Of a DNA stretch of 64,000 nt, positions 37,172 through 49,100 are shown piece by piece. The stretch is from Marsupella aquatica (taxonomy: Eukaryota; Plantae; Marchantiophyta): positions 24,303,899-24,367,898 of the forward strand of contig OZ316891.1 in the NCBI GenBank assembly GCA_973895155.1, written 5' to 3'. Position 1 is the stretch's first letter. Each line of letters begins with the position of its first letter. The notes below the pieces were generated by a model. The model was not told where the DNA came from. It saw only the letters and a list, made by a program, of their open reading frames with translations, and ran no database searches. A program made the translations under genes and the position numbers.

Positions 37172-37541
37172 CCCTACCAGAGGAAGTGCAATTACATTTT
37201 GCACGGGAGGAGGATGCATGCTTTACGGGCATGCAGACCAAGAAGTACCACGGCTTCATGGCCAGATCCGGCTTGGAAACCTTCGTAAGATTACCATGGC
37301 TGAAGCCAAAGGTGCCAGACTCAGACTTATTAGAATTCATGGGATCATGGGAACCCGAGACCAATTGCACGAGGGTGTATGGGAAGGATTTCTATCTCAC
37401 TCCCCGGGTGATTGCCGAGGTGTTTGGCTTGCCAATGGGTAATAAGACCAAGGTTGATACCAGGAAAACCTTACGTGACAAGGAGTTCTGGTCATTCCCA
37501 GGACCATCAACGAAGAATGGCTTCTTCCGGAACACCTGCAC

Positions 37542-37869
37542 CTCGGGGGGGTCACTATATGGAGGGTCATACATCGCGTGCGACGTTTTAGGGTTTGACC
37601 CCCCTAACTTTAAAGTGAAAAATATTTTTTTGCAAAGCCCTTTCTTTCTTAAAATTTTGTCATTTTTTATTAAAAAACCCCTAAAAACTTTATAGAAAGT
37701 ATTTTTTGCAATTAAATAGGCCTATGTGTTCTTTAAAGTCGACCAATCAATAAAACATGCCCTATGTGTTCTTCCACCAAACTTTGGAAGTCTTCCGCCA
37801 CACCCATTTAAATGGGCCTATACTTCGTCGCACGTGATGTGTCACTTCCGTGGAAGTGACCCCCCCGAG
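37542..37869. mobile_element. 328-bp MITE
   Basis: About 45-bp imperfect TIRs CTCGGGGGGGTCACT...AGTGACCCCCCCGAG and an 8-bp TSD ACCTGCAC. It is absent from the homologous position in the other LTR copies. Confidence 0.88.
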
Positions 37870-40800
37870 ACCTGCACCAACCCGCACATCGGAGAGATGA
37901 TCGATTTCTTACGGGTGACCATGCATTGTAACTTGCCAAGGGCAAAGATCGGCAAGGCTTAGGTCTACCTGGCAAAAAGGCCAGACCCAAGCCGGGATTA
38001 CAATGGGTACCTCCTCAACCAACTGAAGAAGATCTTGAAGGAGGAACAACAGATGATTGGCATGGGAAGCGTGTCCCGGCTTGGCTATCACATGCCGCTG
38101 TTGTGCCGGTATGCCCGAAGTCAAATCTTTGCCCCAGTACTTCCCCTATTGGCAAGGGCACCGGAGGAGGTTCCGGAGCAAAGGTCGGCAACAGAAGAGC
38201 CCAACCAGCCTGCCAGTCCTACGATCGAGCAGGTGTTTTGGCCAAGGAAAGAAGACTTGCCGATGCAGCAATCAGGCATGCAAAATTTGCTGAAATTGCT
38301 GGAGAAGGAGATAACGGCACTGGCAACGGCAACGGCACCGGTACATGACACTGCCCCAGAGGCCGGTTTAAGCCAACTTAGGAGGGAAAACCCCTTAACC
38401 GAAGCCAACGAGAGAAGGAGGCCGGAACACAAGCTGAGAGTTTGAATGTATGTGGGAGCTTCAAGCCCCGAATCGGAGGCAGAACAGCCTAAGGCTCCTT
38501 CCTGCGGACAGCAGAGGGAGAGGACAGCCTGGAAACTAGAGGAGGAACAAAAGCCCGTGATCTGTGAGGCCGTTTTCATGGCAGGACCAGGGGAACAGAG
38601 GGGGAAGCCGGGAGTCCAAGCAGTGGAGGAGGCGGTGGAGGACTACAGCAATGATAACTCCGGCTATGGGTCTGATCATCATGTTCCAGGAGTAAGGACC
38701 TATGGCCGATTTATCCCCACGCTTCCAAGAGTAGTTTGAGGGGACCCCACCTAGCAGAGTAGCCCCGAGTCTCCCCCACCAGAGGTTGCTCCCCCAAGCT
38801 TTGATGGCATAAAGTAGACGGCACAAGAATTTCAGGAGCGACTTAGGGAGGAAGAGAAAGCAGCCCTGGCTAGGGAGAAAGATTTACCAGGAGGAGATTG
38901 GCCAGAGGACATCAGGCGGCTTGCCGAAAAAAGAAGCAACCCTCTTGCCACCATAGAAGAAATCCGCAAGGCAGCTTGGGAACAGAGGCCGAGGTGGTTG
39001 ATGCCGATCACTTCTACTTACTCCACCTGTGCTAAAGATAGAGCCATGGAGTACGGGGAGATGTGTGGGGACCTGGCGCTCAGCATCTTTGGGGAGGAGT
39101 TGGAGCAGGGACCTTTTTTCCAGAGGGAGATGTTGGAGAAGCACCGATTAGAAGAAGCGGTGGCTTTGGAGAGAAGCAAGAAGGACGAGGTCATCCGGCG
39201 GCTTAGGGAGATGGAAGCCAAGGTGGAAGACCTGCAGGCGGCTAAGAAAGCCCAAGATGAGCTGCAGATTAAGCAACATGAGCTAAACATCATGCAAGGA
39301 CAATTGGATGCCGCTCACTCTGGCAATCAGATTATCAAGGATAAACTGACTCGGACCCAAGGAGAGTTGGCCAGCGCGGTCAAGGACAAGGAAAAGTGGA
39401 AGCAGGAGCTGAGGGACACAGAGGAGGCCCACATAACCGCCAACAACCGGGCCATGGTGGAGACTTAGAGAAGGGAGAGGGCGCTGAAAGGAGAGCTCGA
39501 GGATATCCGCGGAGCCCTTGAGCAGAAGGAGGCCAAGTTAGGGAAATCCTATCAAGGGATTATTGCACTGCAGTAGGAGCTTGCGTCCCTGACGGCCAAC
39601 TTCAAGGCCAACCTGCATGAGAAGGACAACCAGCTCGACCAGACTTATGCCAAGATGAATAAGATGGAGTCTGAGGTTGTAGCAGAGCTCGACAAGGAGC
39701 TAAGAGCAACCCAGGAGGAGAGGGCTACCTTAAAATTGGAATTGGAAGAAGCCAAAAAGGAGCTGCAGGTGGGACGAAAGGACCTAGAGGAAGCCCAGGA
39801 GGAGTTGGAGGAAACCACCAGGAAGATGGAGAACTTACAGCGGTGGGCCGACAACCAAACGGAGCGGTTGAAGAAACAGGCCGTAGTATTTAAGTGCTTA
39901 GCTTCATCTGGTCCAACTCCAATTGTGGGAACTCCGTTACCAGGAGGGGTACTGGGCGAAAGACAAGCCGAGACACACGCCCCGGTGCCGGAGGTAGGTA
40001 GCAAAGGGAAGGGACCAGCTACCGAAACAGGAAGAAAAAGAAGCGGAAATCTTTTGGGTCTGGGAGTTATACAGCTTACCAAGCCGTTGTGACCCAGGAG
40101 GTCAACCCGGCACCAACCTCCGACATGGTCATGGCAGTAGATCCACCTGTTGAAGAAGGTGGGGATGGCAAGGCCGAGGCCGGGACAGCTATTGATGAAG
40201 CCGAGGTACCGGTGTGATGCCTTGCTAGGATCACGAAGGACTTAGTTAAGCCTAAAATAATGGCTAAATAAAGATTAGGTAGATAGAATAAGGGAGGAAT
40301 AAGGATCAAAGCCGATTGCAACGTGTTTGGGGGAGATTGTGATAGGATCGGATCCAACGGTCGTGATTAAGTGGGATTAGGGTTATGACCTAATCGTGGC
40401 TTGATCAGGTAAGCCATCAGGAGGCGGCTTTGTAAGGAGGGGACCGACACTCTGTACACTTGTGCAATTGCTTGTTCGATCAACCTGGGGAGGTGATTTG
40501 GAAAATTGCGCAAGTTCTTGGCATTCGGTGGAATGAACACGGTGAATCAGATAGGGAAGTTTTGGGGCTGTTTGCTTGAAGAAGCAAGGCAGTTGATACC
40601 TACGTATGAAGACGTTGAGCCAGAGCGCGCAGCTAGAGAACGAGCGGAGCTTGCGCGATTGTGGGGAATTCACAAATTGGCATTCGTAGATACGGAGGAG
40701 GTGTTGGAAAAGTTCTCGTGAACACCCACCAGTGCGGAGCTTGACAAATTGCTGATTCGGGAGAATAAGGTCGTGGGGATCAAGGAGGCAATCAAGAACG

Positions 40801-41266
40801 CAGGGCAGCCACTTTGGGAATTAAAGGGTCACACTGCAAAGTGGACAAAGGCAGCTATTCTTGGGGAGTATTCAGGCGTTGAAGAGATGAAGCGCAAGGG
40901 AGGTTCGGCATCCGCAACTCCAGTAAAGCGAACTAGGTCAGAGAGACCAATCAAGATGGAATTCGGGCCCGTTAGAGATTGGGCTGTAGAGGATAAAACC
41001 ATGACAGGGTGGGCGGACAGGTTACCTGCCAATTTACAATTGCAGTTTGCAAGAGATGAGGATGAGGTCTTCAGTGTCATTCAGGATAATAAATATGCAG
41101 GATATATGAATGACACTGGGTTGGAGGGCTTTGTCAGGTTGTCCTGGAGGATGGTAGACATACCGGATGAGGATCTGTTGGACTTCGTGGGATGCTGGGA
41201 GGCTTCTTCCAACACGATGCTGTTGTATGGAAAGGTGTTTGAACTAACACCTGTGCTTATCAAAGC

Positions 41267-44200
41267 TGTGATGCCTAGCCAGGAATCACTCGGCCAGTTA
41301 AGGGGGTAAAGCAGGAATGCACCCTGGAAACACCTTAGTATAGGGACAAAACAAGAAGAATATAAATAATTAGGGGCGACTATGGAACCCGGACCGAGGC
41401 CGGAGGAAAGAACACTGGGGGTGAAAACTCGATTAGGGTTAGGGCGTGCTAAGCGTCGGCGGCTGGGAAGGATCAATGGGAGGAAGAGCCGAAGGAGGAG
41501 AGGGGTAAGGAGCGCTTGCAGGAGACGGTGGCTCATTTGCGAGCAGGAACTAGGCAGACGACTACGGGAGGCCAACTACTGTCAGCTGCTTAGGCAAGCA
41601 CTCGGGGAGGGAGTAGATACCAACGATCCACCTAAGGAGGGTATGAGCAACGTCAATCAAGCAGCACATTTTTGGGGATGCCTGTTCGAACGGGCAACTG
41701 AGTACATCAAGACTTACGAGGACGAAGAATCAAAAAGAGCAGCTCGAGAACGACAAGAGCTCGCTAGATTGTGGGAGCTGCAGAAAACGGCTTTCTTAGG
41801 AGGCGAACTCATCAAGGCCGAGTTCTTGTGGACTCCTACTTCCAATCAGCTTGACAATCTTCTGGTTTGCAAAGACAGCATCATCGGCATCCGAGAGGCC
41901 ATCAAGAACTGCAACGACATACACTGGGAATTAAAGGGTAGCACAGAAAGGTGGACCCAGGCAACAGTGCTAGGAGAAACCTCCACGGCAGCTGAGATGA
42001 AGAGGAAGGGAGTCGTCAACGATGAAGCCACCCCGGCAAAAAGAACGAGGTCGGCGGCACCAAAGAAACCAGCCGAACAGCAGAGCAGGAGGAAGAGCAA
42101 AGCCGAGGAGGAGGAAAGCGACCCCATCAACGCCATTCCAACCAGGGATGACACCTGGAAGGGCTGGGCGGCAACTCTACCAATAGAGGTGCAACTACAT
42201 TTTGCACGGGAGGAGGATGCATGCTTTACGGCCATGCAGACCAAGAAGTACCGAGGCTTCATGGCCGGATCCGGCTTGGAAGCCTTCGTAAGATTACCAT
42301 GGCTGAAGCCGGAGGTGCCGGATTCAGACCTATTAAAATTCATGGGGTCATGGGAACCCGAGACCAATTGCACGAGGATATATGGGAAGGATTTCTATCT
42401 TACTCCCAAGGTGATTGCCGAAGTATTTGGCTTGCCGATAGGCAATAAGACCAAGGTTGATACTAGGAAGACCTTGCCTGACAAAGAGTTCCGGTCGTTC
42501 CCCGGACCATCAACGAAGAATGGCTTCTTCCGGAACACATGCACCAACCCGCACATTGGAGAGATGATCAACTTCTTGCGGGTAACCATGCATTGTAACT
42601 TGCCGAGAGCGGAGATCGGCAAGGCACAGGTCTATCTAGCAAAGAGACCAGACCCAAGCCGAGACTACAACGGGTACCTCCTCAACCAATTGAAGAAAAT
42701 CTTGAAGGAGGAGCAGCAGGTAATCGGCGTGGGGAGCGTATCGCAGCTTGGCTATCACATGCCGCTGTTGTGCCGGTATGCCAGAGGTCAGACCTTTGCC
42801 CCGGTACTTCCCCTACAGGCAAGGGCACCAGTTCCGGAACAGAGACAGGCAACGGAGAAACCCAAACCGCCCGACAGTGCTACAATCGACCAGGTGTTTA
42901 GACCAAGAACGGAGGACTTGCCGATGCAGCAACCAGGCATGCAGAGTCTGCTGAAGCTGCTGGAGAAAGAAAAGAGATCGGCATCGGCAACGACAACGGC
43001 AACGGCAACAATGCAGGACACTGCCCCAGAGGTCAACTTAAGCAGACTTAGAAGGGAAGACCCCTCTACCGGAGTCTCAAGCTCTGAATCTGAGGCAGAA
43101 TTGCCGGAAGCTCCTACCAACGAAGAAGAGAGGGAGAAGCCGGAAGTAGAAGAAGTAGAGGAGGCAGTGGAGGACTGCGGCCATGATAACTCCGGCTATG
43201 GGTGGGACCATCACGTTCCAGGAGTAAGGACCTGTGGCCGGTTTATCCCCACACTTCCAAGGGTAGTACGAGGAGACCCCAACCAGCAGAGTAGCCCTGA
43301 GTCTCCTCCACCAGATGTTGCTCCCCCGAGCTTTGACGGCATAAAACAGACGGCGCTGGAATTTCAGGAGCGAATCAGGCAGGAAGAGGAAGCAGCCCTG
43401 GCTAGGGAAAAGCATTTACCAGGAGGAGATTGGCCGGAGGACATTAGGCGGCTAGCCAAAAAAGGAAGCAAACCTCTAGCCACGATTGAAGAGACCCGCA
43501 AGACGGCTTGGGAGCAGAGGCCGCGATGGGCGATGCATCTTTGGGGAGGAATTGGAGGTAGGACCCTTTTTCCATAGGGAGCAGTTGGAGAAGCGCCAAT
43601 TGGAAGAAGCGGTGGCCTTGGAAAGAAGCAAGAAGGACGAGGTCATCCGTCGGCTTAGGGAAAGGGAAGCCGAAATCAAGGACCTGAGGGCGGCCAAGAA
43701 AGCCCAAGATGAGCTGCGGATTAAACGGCATGAGCTAAATATCATGCAGGGGCAGTTGGACGTAGCGCAGGCTGCTGGTCAGATTATCAAGGATAAACTG
43801 ACTCAGACCCAAGGAGAGTTGGCCGATGCGATCAAAGAGAGGGAGAAGTGGAAGCAAGAGCTGAGGAATGCAGAGGAGGCCCATATAACAGCTAACAACC
43901 GGGCCATGGCGGAGACCCAAAGAAAGGAACGGGCGTTGAAGGGCGAGCTCGAGAAAAGCCGCAGAGCCCTTGAGCAGAAGGAGGCCGAGTTAAGGAAATC
44001 CTATCAAGGGATTATTGCGCTGCAGCAGGAGCTTGCGTCCCTAACGGCCACCTTCAAAGCCAACCTAAGGGAGAAGGAGGATATGCTCGATCAGACTTAC
44101 GCCAAGATGAACCAGATGGAGTCTGTCATCATTGCAGAGCTCGACAAGGAGCTAAGAGCAACCCGGGAGGAGAGGGCTACCTTGAAGAAGGAATTGGAGG

Positions 44201-45759
44201 AAGCCCACAGGGAGCAGGAGGAGGCCAAAAACGAGTTGGAGGGGGCACGTAAGGACCTGGATGAAACCCAAGAGGAGTTGGAGGAAATCACGAGGAAGAT
44301 GGAGAACCTACAGCGGCGGGCCGACAACCAAACAGAGCGGCTGAAGGAACAAGCCGCAGTATTTAAATGCTTAGCTGCAGCAGGTCCATCTCCCGTTGGG
44401 GCGAACCAGTTACCAGGGGTGGTAATTGCCGAAGGACAAGCCGCGCCACCTGCACCAGTGCCGGAAGTAAGTGGGAAGGGGAAGGGACCAGCTGCCGAGC
44501 CACCAACGAAGAAGAAGCGGAAACCTCCAAGGTCAAGGAGTAATACGACTTCACAGGCCGTGGTGATCAAGGAGGTAGACTCAGCACCGACCCCAGAAAG
44601 GGTCACGGCTAAGGATCCAACTACCCTAGAAGAAGGGGAAGCCCAAGCCGTGGGAGTGGCTGAGGCCGAAGCCGTGGGTATTGCCGAGGCCGGTGTCGAG
44701 GCCGAAGCCGAAGGTGGACCCAGTCAGGCCGAGGGAGAGTTGACTCGGTCAAGGGCAGGTAATCTGTCAGTAGGCGGGCCAACGGCAGTGGCTGAGGAGG
44801 AAGTGTTGGGGCGTCCATTGAGGATCCACCACCGGTGTCGTGACGGTGCAAGGGCGCCGTTCCTTTTAGGGAGGGCGGACGTGGAGGTAGGAGGCGTGAG
44901 TGGGCCGGGCGGGCGCTGATCTCCAAGTTTAGGATTAGGATCAGGACCAGGAGCGGCCCTGACACTTAGCTTAGTGGGATTGCGGTTCCACTGGTAGGAG
45001 CAACACTTGTGCTCCTGCCTTGCTGTACATAGGTAGATTCGGGCAAGTAGATTACTGTCAGGTAGATTAGGCTTACGCTGCAAAGAACTAGGCGGATCCA
45101 CTACCAGGATAAGTACCTGGGCAGCGGGGAGCTCAAGGCCTCTTCTTTAGCAAGTTTTTAGTTTGCACCAGCCGGGTTGGGATCAAGTAGTAAGAGAAGC
45201 TCTCGGTTAGTTATACCGTGACCTTGTGTATATTCATGTTTCCTCATGCCTAAGAGCTGAATAGAGTTGGCCTCACGGCTTAGTTCGCAGAGCTTGTGTA
45301 TGAGATGTACTGTTTGTATGGCAAGTGCATGGTATGACTCAGTCAGAAGGAGTCATTTTACTATTTGTGTGTCGCATTAACTTGTGTGAAGAGTGCCCAC
45401 ATCAACTAATAGGGAAAGGAAAGTAAGCAAGGGAGTGAGAGTTGGATGTGTCGAGCTGAGAGAGGTCTTAGCGGGTTAACCAAACCTATTGGGGATCATT
45501 CCGGCGGCGGAATCCAAACATACCTAACAAGAAGGAGAGGTAGACAAGGGAAGGCCTAGAGTAGGCCGGCTTTATATCTCATGACCCGATGAAGGATCTG
45601 TCCAGTATATGTGTGTAAAATGTTAATAGATGTAGAAGAGGTTTAGCAGCGTCCCATGCCGCTAAGCCGCGGAAATGGCCCTGCCAATCGCGAAACCTGC
45701 GGGAATCGGCTTGTGCTGGGGGGGTTTCTTGGGTTCAGGGAGCCATGGGACGCACCATA
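41267..45759 (+). mobile_element. Solo LTR C (4493 bp), ORF frameshifted by a small deletion near 43546
   Basis: TGTGATGCC...GCACCATA termini, TSD AAAGC/GAAGC, and ORFs 41382..43577 and 43486..44919. Confidence 0.85.
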
Positions 45760-46195
45760 GAAGCCATGTTCGCTCTACCAATTGGAAGGAAGACTAAGGT
45801 GGAGCAGAGGAAGATGTTGTCGGATGACCAGTTCAGGTCATTTCCAAGGCCTTCCACTAAGAATGGGCTTTTTAGGAATCAATGTACCAACCCACATATA
45901 GGTCAGCTGATTGATTTCCTGAGAGTCATATTGCACTGTACCTTGCCGAGAGCAAAAATCGGCAAAGCCCAGGTATTTTTGGTGGAGAATATTGATGCAA
46001 GTCGAGACTACAACGGCTATCTCTTAATGCAATTGAAGAAGGCATTAAACAAAGAGAAGCAGAGCATTGGGGAGGGAGCGGTATCTAGACTAGGGTACCA
46101 TCTGCAATTACTTTGCCGATATGCAAGAAGCTAGTCTTTTGCACCAGTGTTGCCTATACAAGAGCGGATGCAGATCATTGCACCACTTGAGGAGG

Positions 46196-49100
46196 TGTGA
46201 TGCCTAGACAGGAATCACTCGGCCGGTTAAGTGGGTAAAGCAGGAAGGCACCCTAGGAACACCTTAGTATAGTGACAAAACAAGGAAAATATAAACAATT
46301 AGGGGCAACCATGGAACCCGGGCAGAGGCCGGAGGTAAGGCTGAGGGTGAAAACCCGATTAGGGTTAGGGCGCGTTAAGCGTCGGCGGCTAGGAAGGATC
46401 AACGGGAAGAAGGACCGGTAGAGGAGAGGGGTAAGGAGCGCTTGCAGGAGATGGTGGCTCATTTGCGAGCACGAACTAGGCAGACGACTACGGGAGGCCA
46501 ACTACTGTCAGCTGCTTAGGCAAGCACTCGGGGAGAGAATTGATACCGACGATCGACCTAAGGAGGGTATGAGCAACGTCAATCAAGCGGCACATTTCTG
46601 GGGATGCCTGTTCGAACGGGCAACTGAGTACATCAAGACTTACGAGGACGAGGAGTCAGAAAGGGCAACTCGAGAACGGCAGGAGCTCGCTCGATTGTGG
46701 GAGCTGCAGAAGACGGCTTTCTTAGGAGGCAAACTCATCAAGGACGAGTTCCTGTGGACGCCTACTTCCAATCAACTCGACGATCTTCTGTTTTGCAAAG
46801 ACAGCGTCGTCGGCATCCGAGAGGCCATCAAGAACTGCAACGACATACACTGGGAATTAAAGGGTAGCACGGAAAGGTGGACCCGGGCAACGGTGCTAGG
46901 AGAAACCTCCACGGCAGCAGAGATGAAGAGGAAGGGAGCCGTCAACGATGAAGCCACCCCGGCAAAAAGAACGAGGTCGGCGGCACCAAAGAAGCCAGCC
47001 GAGCAGCAGAGTAGGAGGCAGGGAGAAGCCGAAGAGGAGGAGGTCGATCCCATCAAGGCCATTCCAACCAGGGATGACACCTGGAAGGGCTGGGCGGCAA
47101 CCCTACCGGTGGAGGTGCAACTACATTTTGCACGGGAGGAGGATGCATGCTTTACGGCCATGCAGACCAAGAAGTACCAAGGCTTCATGGCCGGATCCGG
47201 CTTGGAGGCCTTTGTAAGATTACCATGGCTGAAGCCGGAGGTACCGGAGTCAGACCTATTAGAATTCGTGGGGTCATGGGAACCCGAGACCAATTGCACG
47301 AGGATATATGGGAAGGATTTCTATCTTACTCCCAAGGTAATTGCCGAAGTGTTTGGCCTGCCGATAGGCAATAAGACCAAAGTTGATACCAGGAAGACCT
47401 TGCCTGACAAGGAGTTCCGGTCGTTCCCCGGGCCATCAACGAAGAATGGCTTCTTCCGGAACACCTGCACCAACCCGCACATAGGAGAGATGATCGACTT
47501 CTTGCGGGTGACCATGCATTGTAACTTGCCGAGGGCAGAGATCGGCAAGGCACAGGTCTATCTGGCAGAAAGGCCAGACCCAAGCCGGGACTACAACGGG
47601 TACCTCCTCAACCAATTGAAGAAGATCTTAAAGGAGGAGCAGCAGGTAATCGGCATGGGGAGCGTGTCGCGGCTTGGCTATCACATGCCGCTGTTGTGCC
47701 GGTATGCCAGAGGTCAGACTTTTGCCCCGGTACTTCCCCTGCAGGTAAGGGCACCCAAGGAAGCTCCAACGCCGAGGCCGTTGGCTGAGAAGCCTCAACC
47801 ACCTGTTAGTCCTACGATCGAGCAGGTGTTTAGGCCCAGGAAGGAAGACTTGCCGATGCAGCAACCAGGCATGCAGAGTCTGCTGAAACTACTGGAGAAA
47901 GAAAAGAAATCTGCATCGGCAACAACAACAACAACGGCAACGGCAACAATGCAGGACACTACTACAGAGGTAGGCCTACACCGGCTCACAAGAGAAAACC
48001 CCTTTGCTGGAAACAAGGAGAGAATCAGGCCGGAATCCAAGCCAGGTGTTCGAATGTACGTGGGAACCTCAAGCTCCGAATCTGAGGCAGAATTGCCTGA
48101 AGCTCCTACCGAGGAAGAGGAGAGGGAGAAGCCGGACGTCCAAGAGGTAGAGGAGGCAGTGGAGGACTGCAGCCATGATAATTCCGAATATGGGTCGGAC
48201 CATCACGTTCCAGGAGTAAGGACCTGTGGCCGGTTTGTCCCCACACTTCCAAGGGTAGTGCGAGGGGACCCCAACCAGCAGAGTAGCCCTGAGTCTCCCC
48301 CACCAGATGTTGCTCCCCCGAGCTTCGACGGCATAAAACAGACGGTGCAGGAATTTCAGGAGCGAATCAAGCAGGAGGAAGAGGCCGCCCTGGCTAAGGA
48401 AAAGGATTTACCAGGAGGAGATTGGCCGGAGGACATCAGGCGGCTAGCCGAAAAAGGAAGCAAACCTCTAGCCACGATTGAAGAGATCCGCAGGACGGCT
48501 TGGGAGCAGAGGCCACGATGGGCGATGCCGATCACTTCTACTTACTCCACCTACGCTAAGAATAGAGCCATGGAGTATGGTGAGATGTGTGGGGAACTTG
48601 CGCTCGGCATCTTTGGAGAGGAGTTGGAGGTAGGACCCTTTTTCCATAGGGAGCAGTTGGAGAAGCACCAATTAGAAGAAGCGGTGGCTTTAGAGAGAAG
48701 CAAGAAGGACGAGGTCATTCGGCGGCTTAGGAGGATGGAAGCCGAGATTGAAGATCTAAGGGCGGCCAAGAAAGCCCAAGATGAACTGCGGATTAAACGA
48801 CATGAGCTGAACATCATGCAGGGGCAGTTGGACACCGCGCAGGCTGATAATCAGAATATCAAGGATAAACTGACTCAGACGCAGGAAGAATTGGCCGACA
48901 CGATCAAAGAGAGGGAGAAGTGGAAGCAAGAGCTGAAGAATACAGAGGAGGCCCACATAACAGCCAACAGCCGGGCCATGGCGGAGACCCAAAGAAAGGA
49001 ATGGGCGTTGAAAGGGGAGCTCGAGAAAATCCGCGGAGCCCTTGAGCAGAAGGAGGTCGAGTTAGGGAAATCCTATCAAGGGATTATGGCGCTGCAGCAG

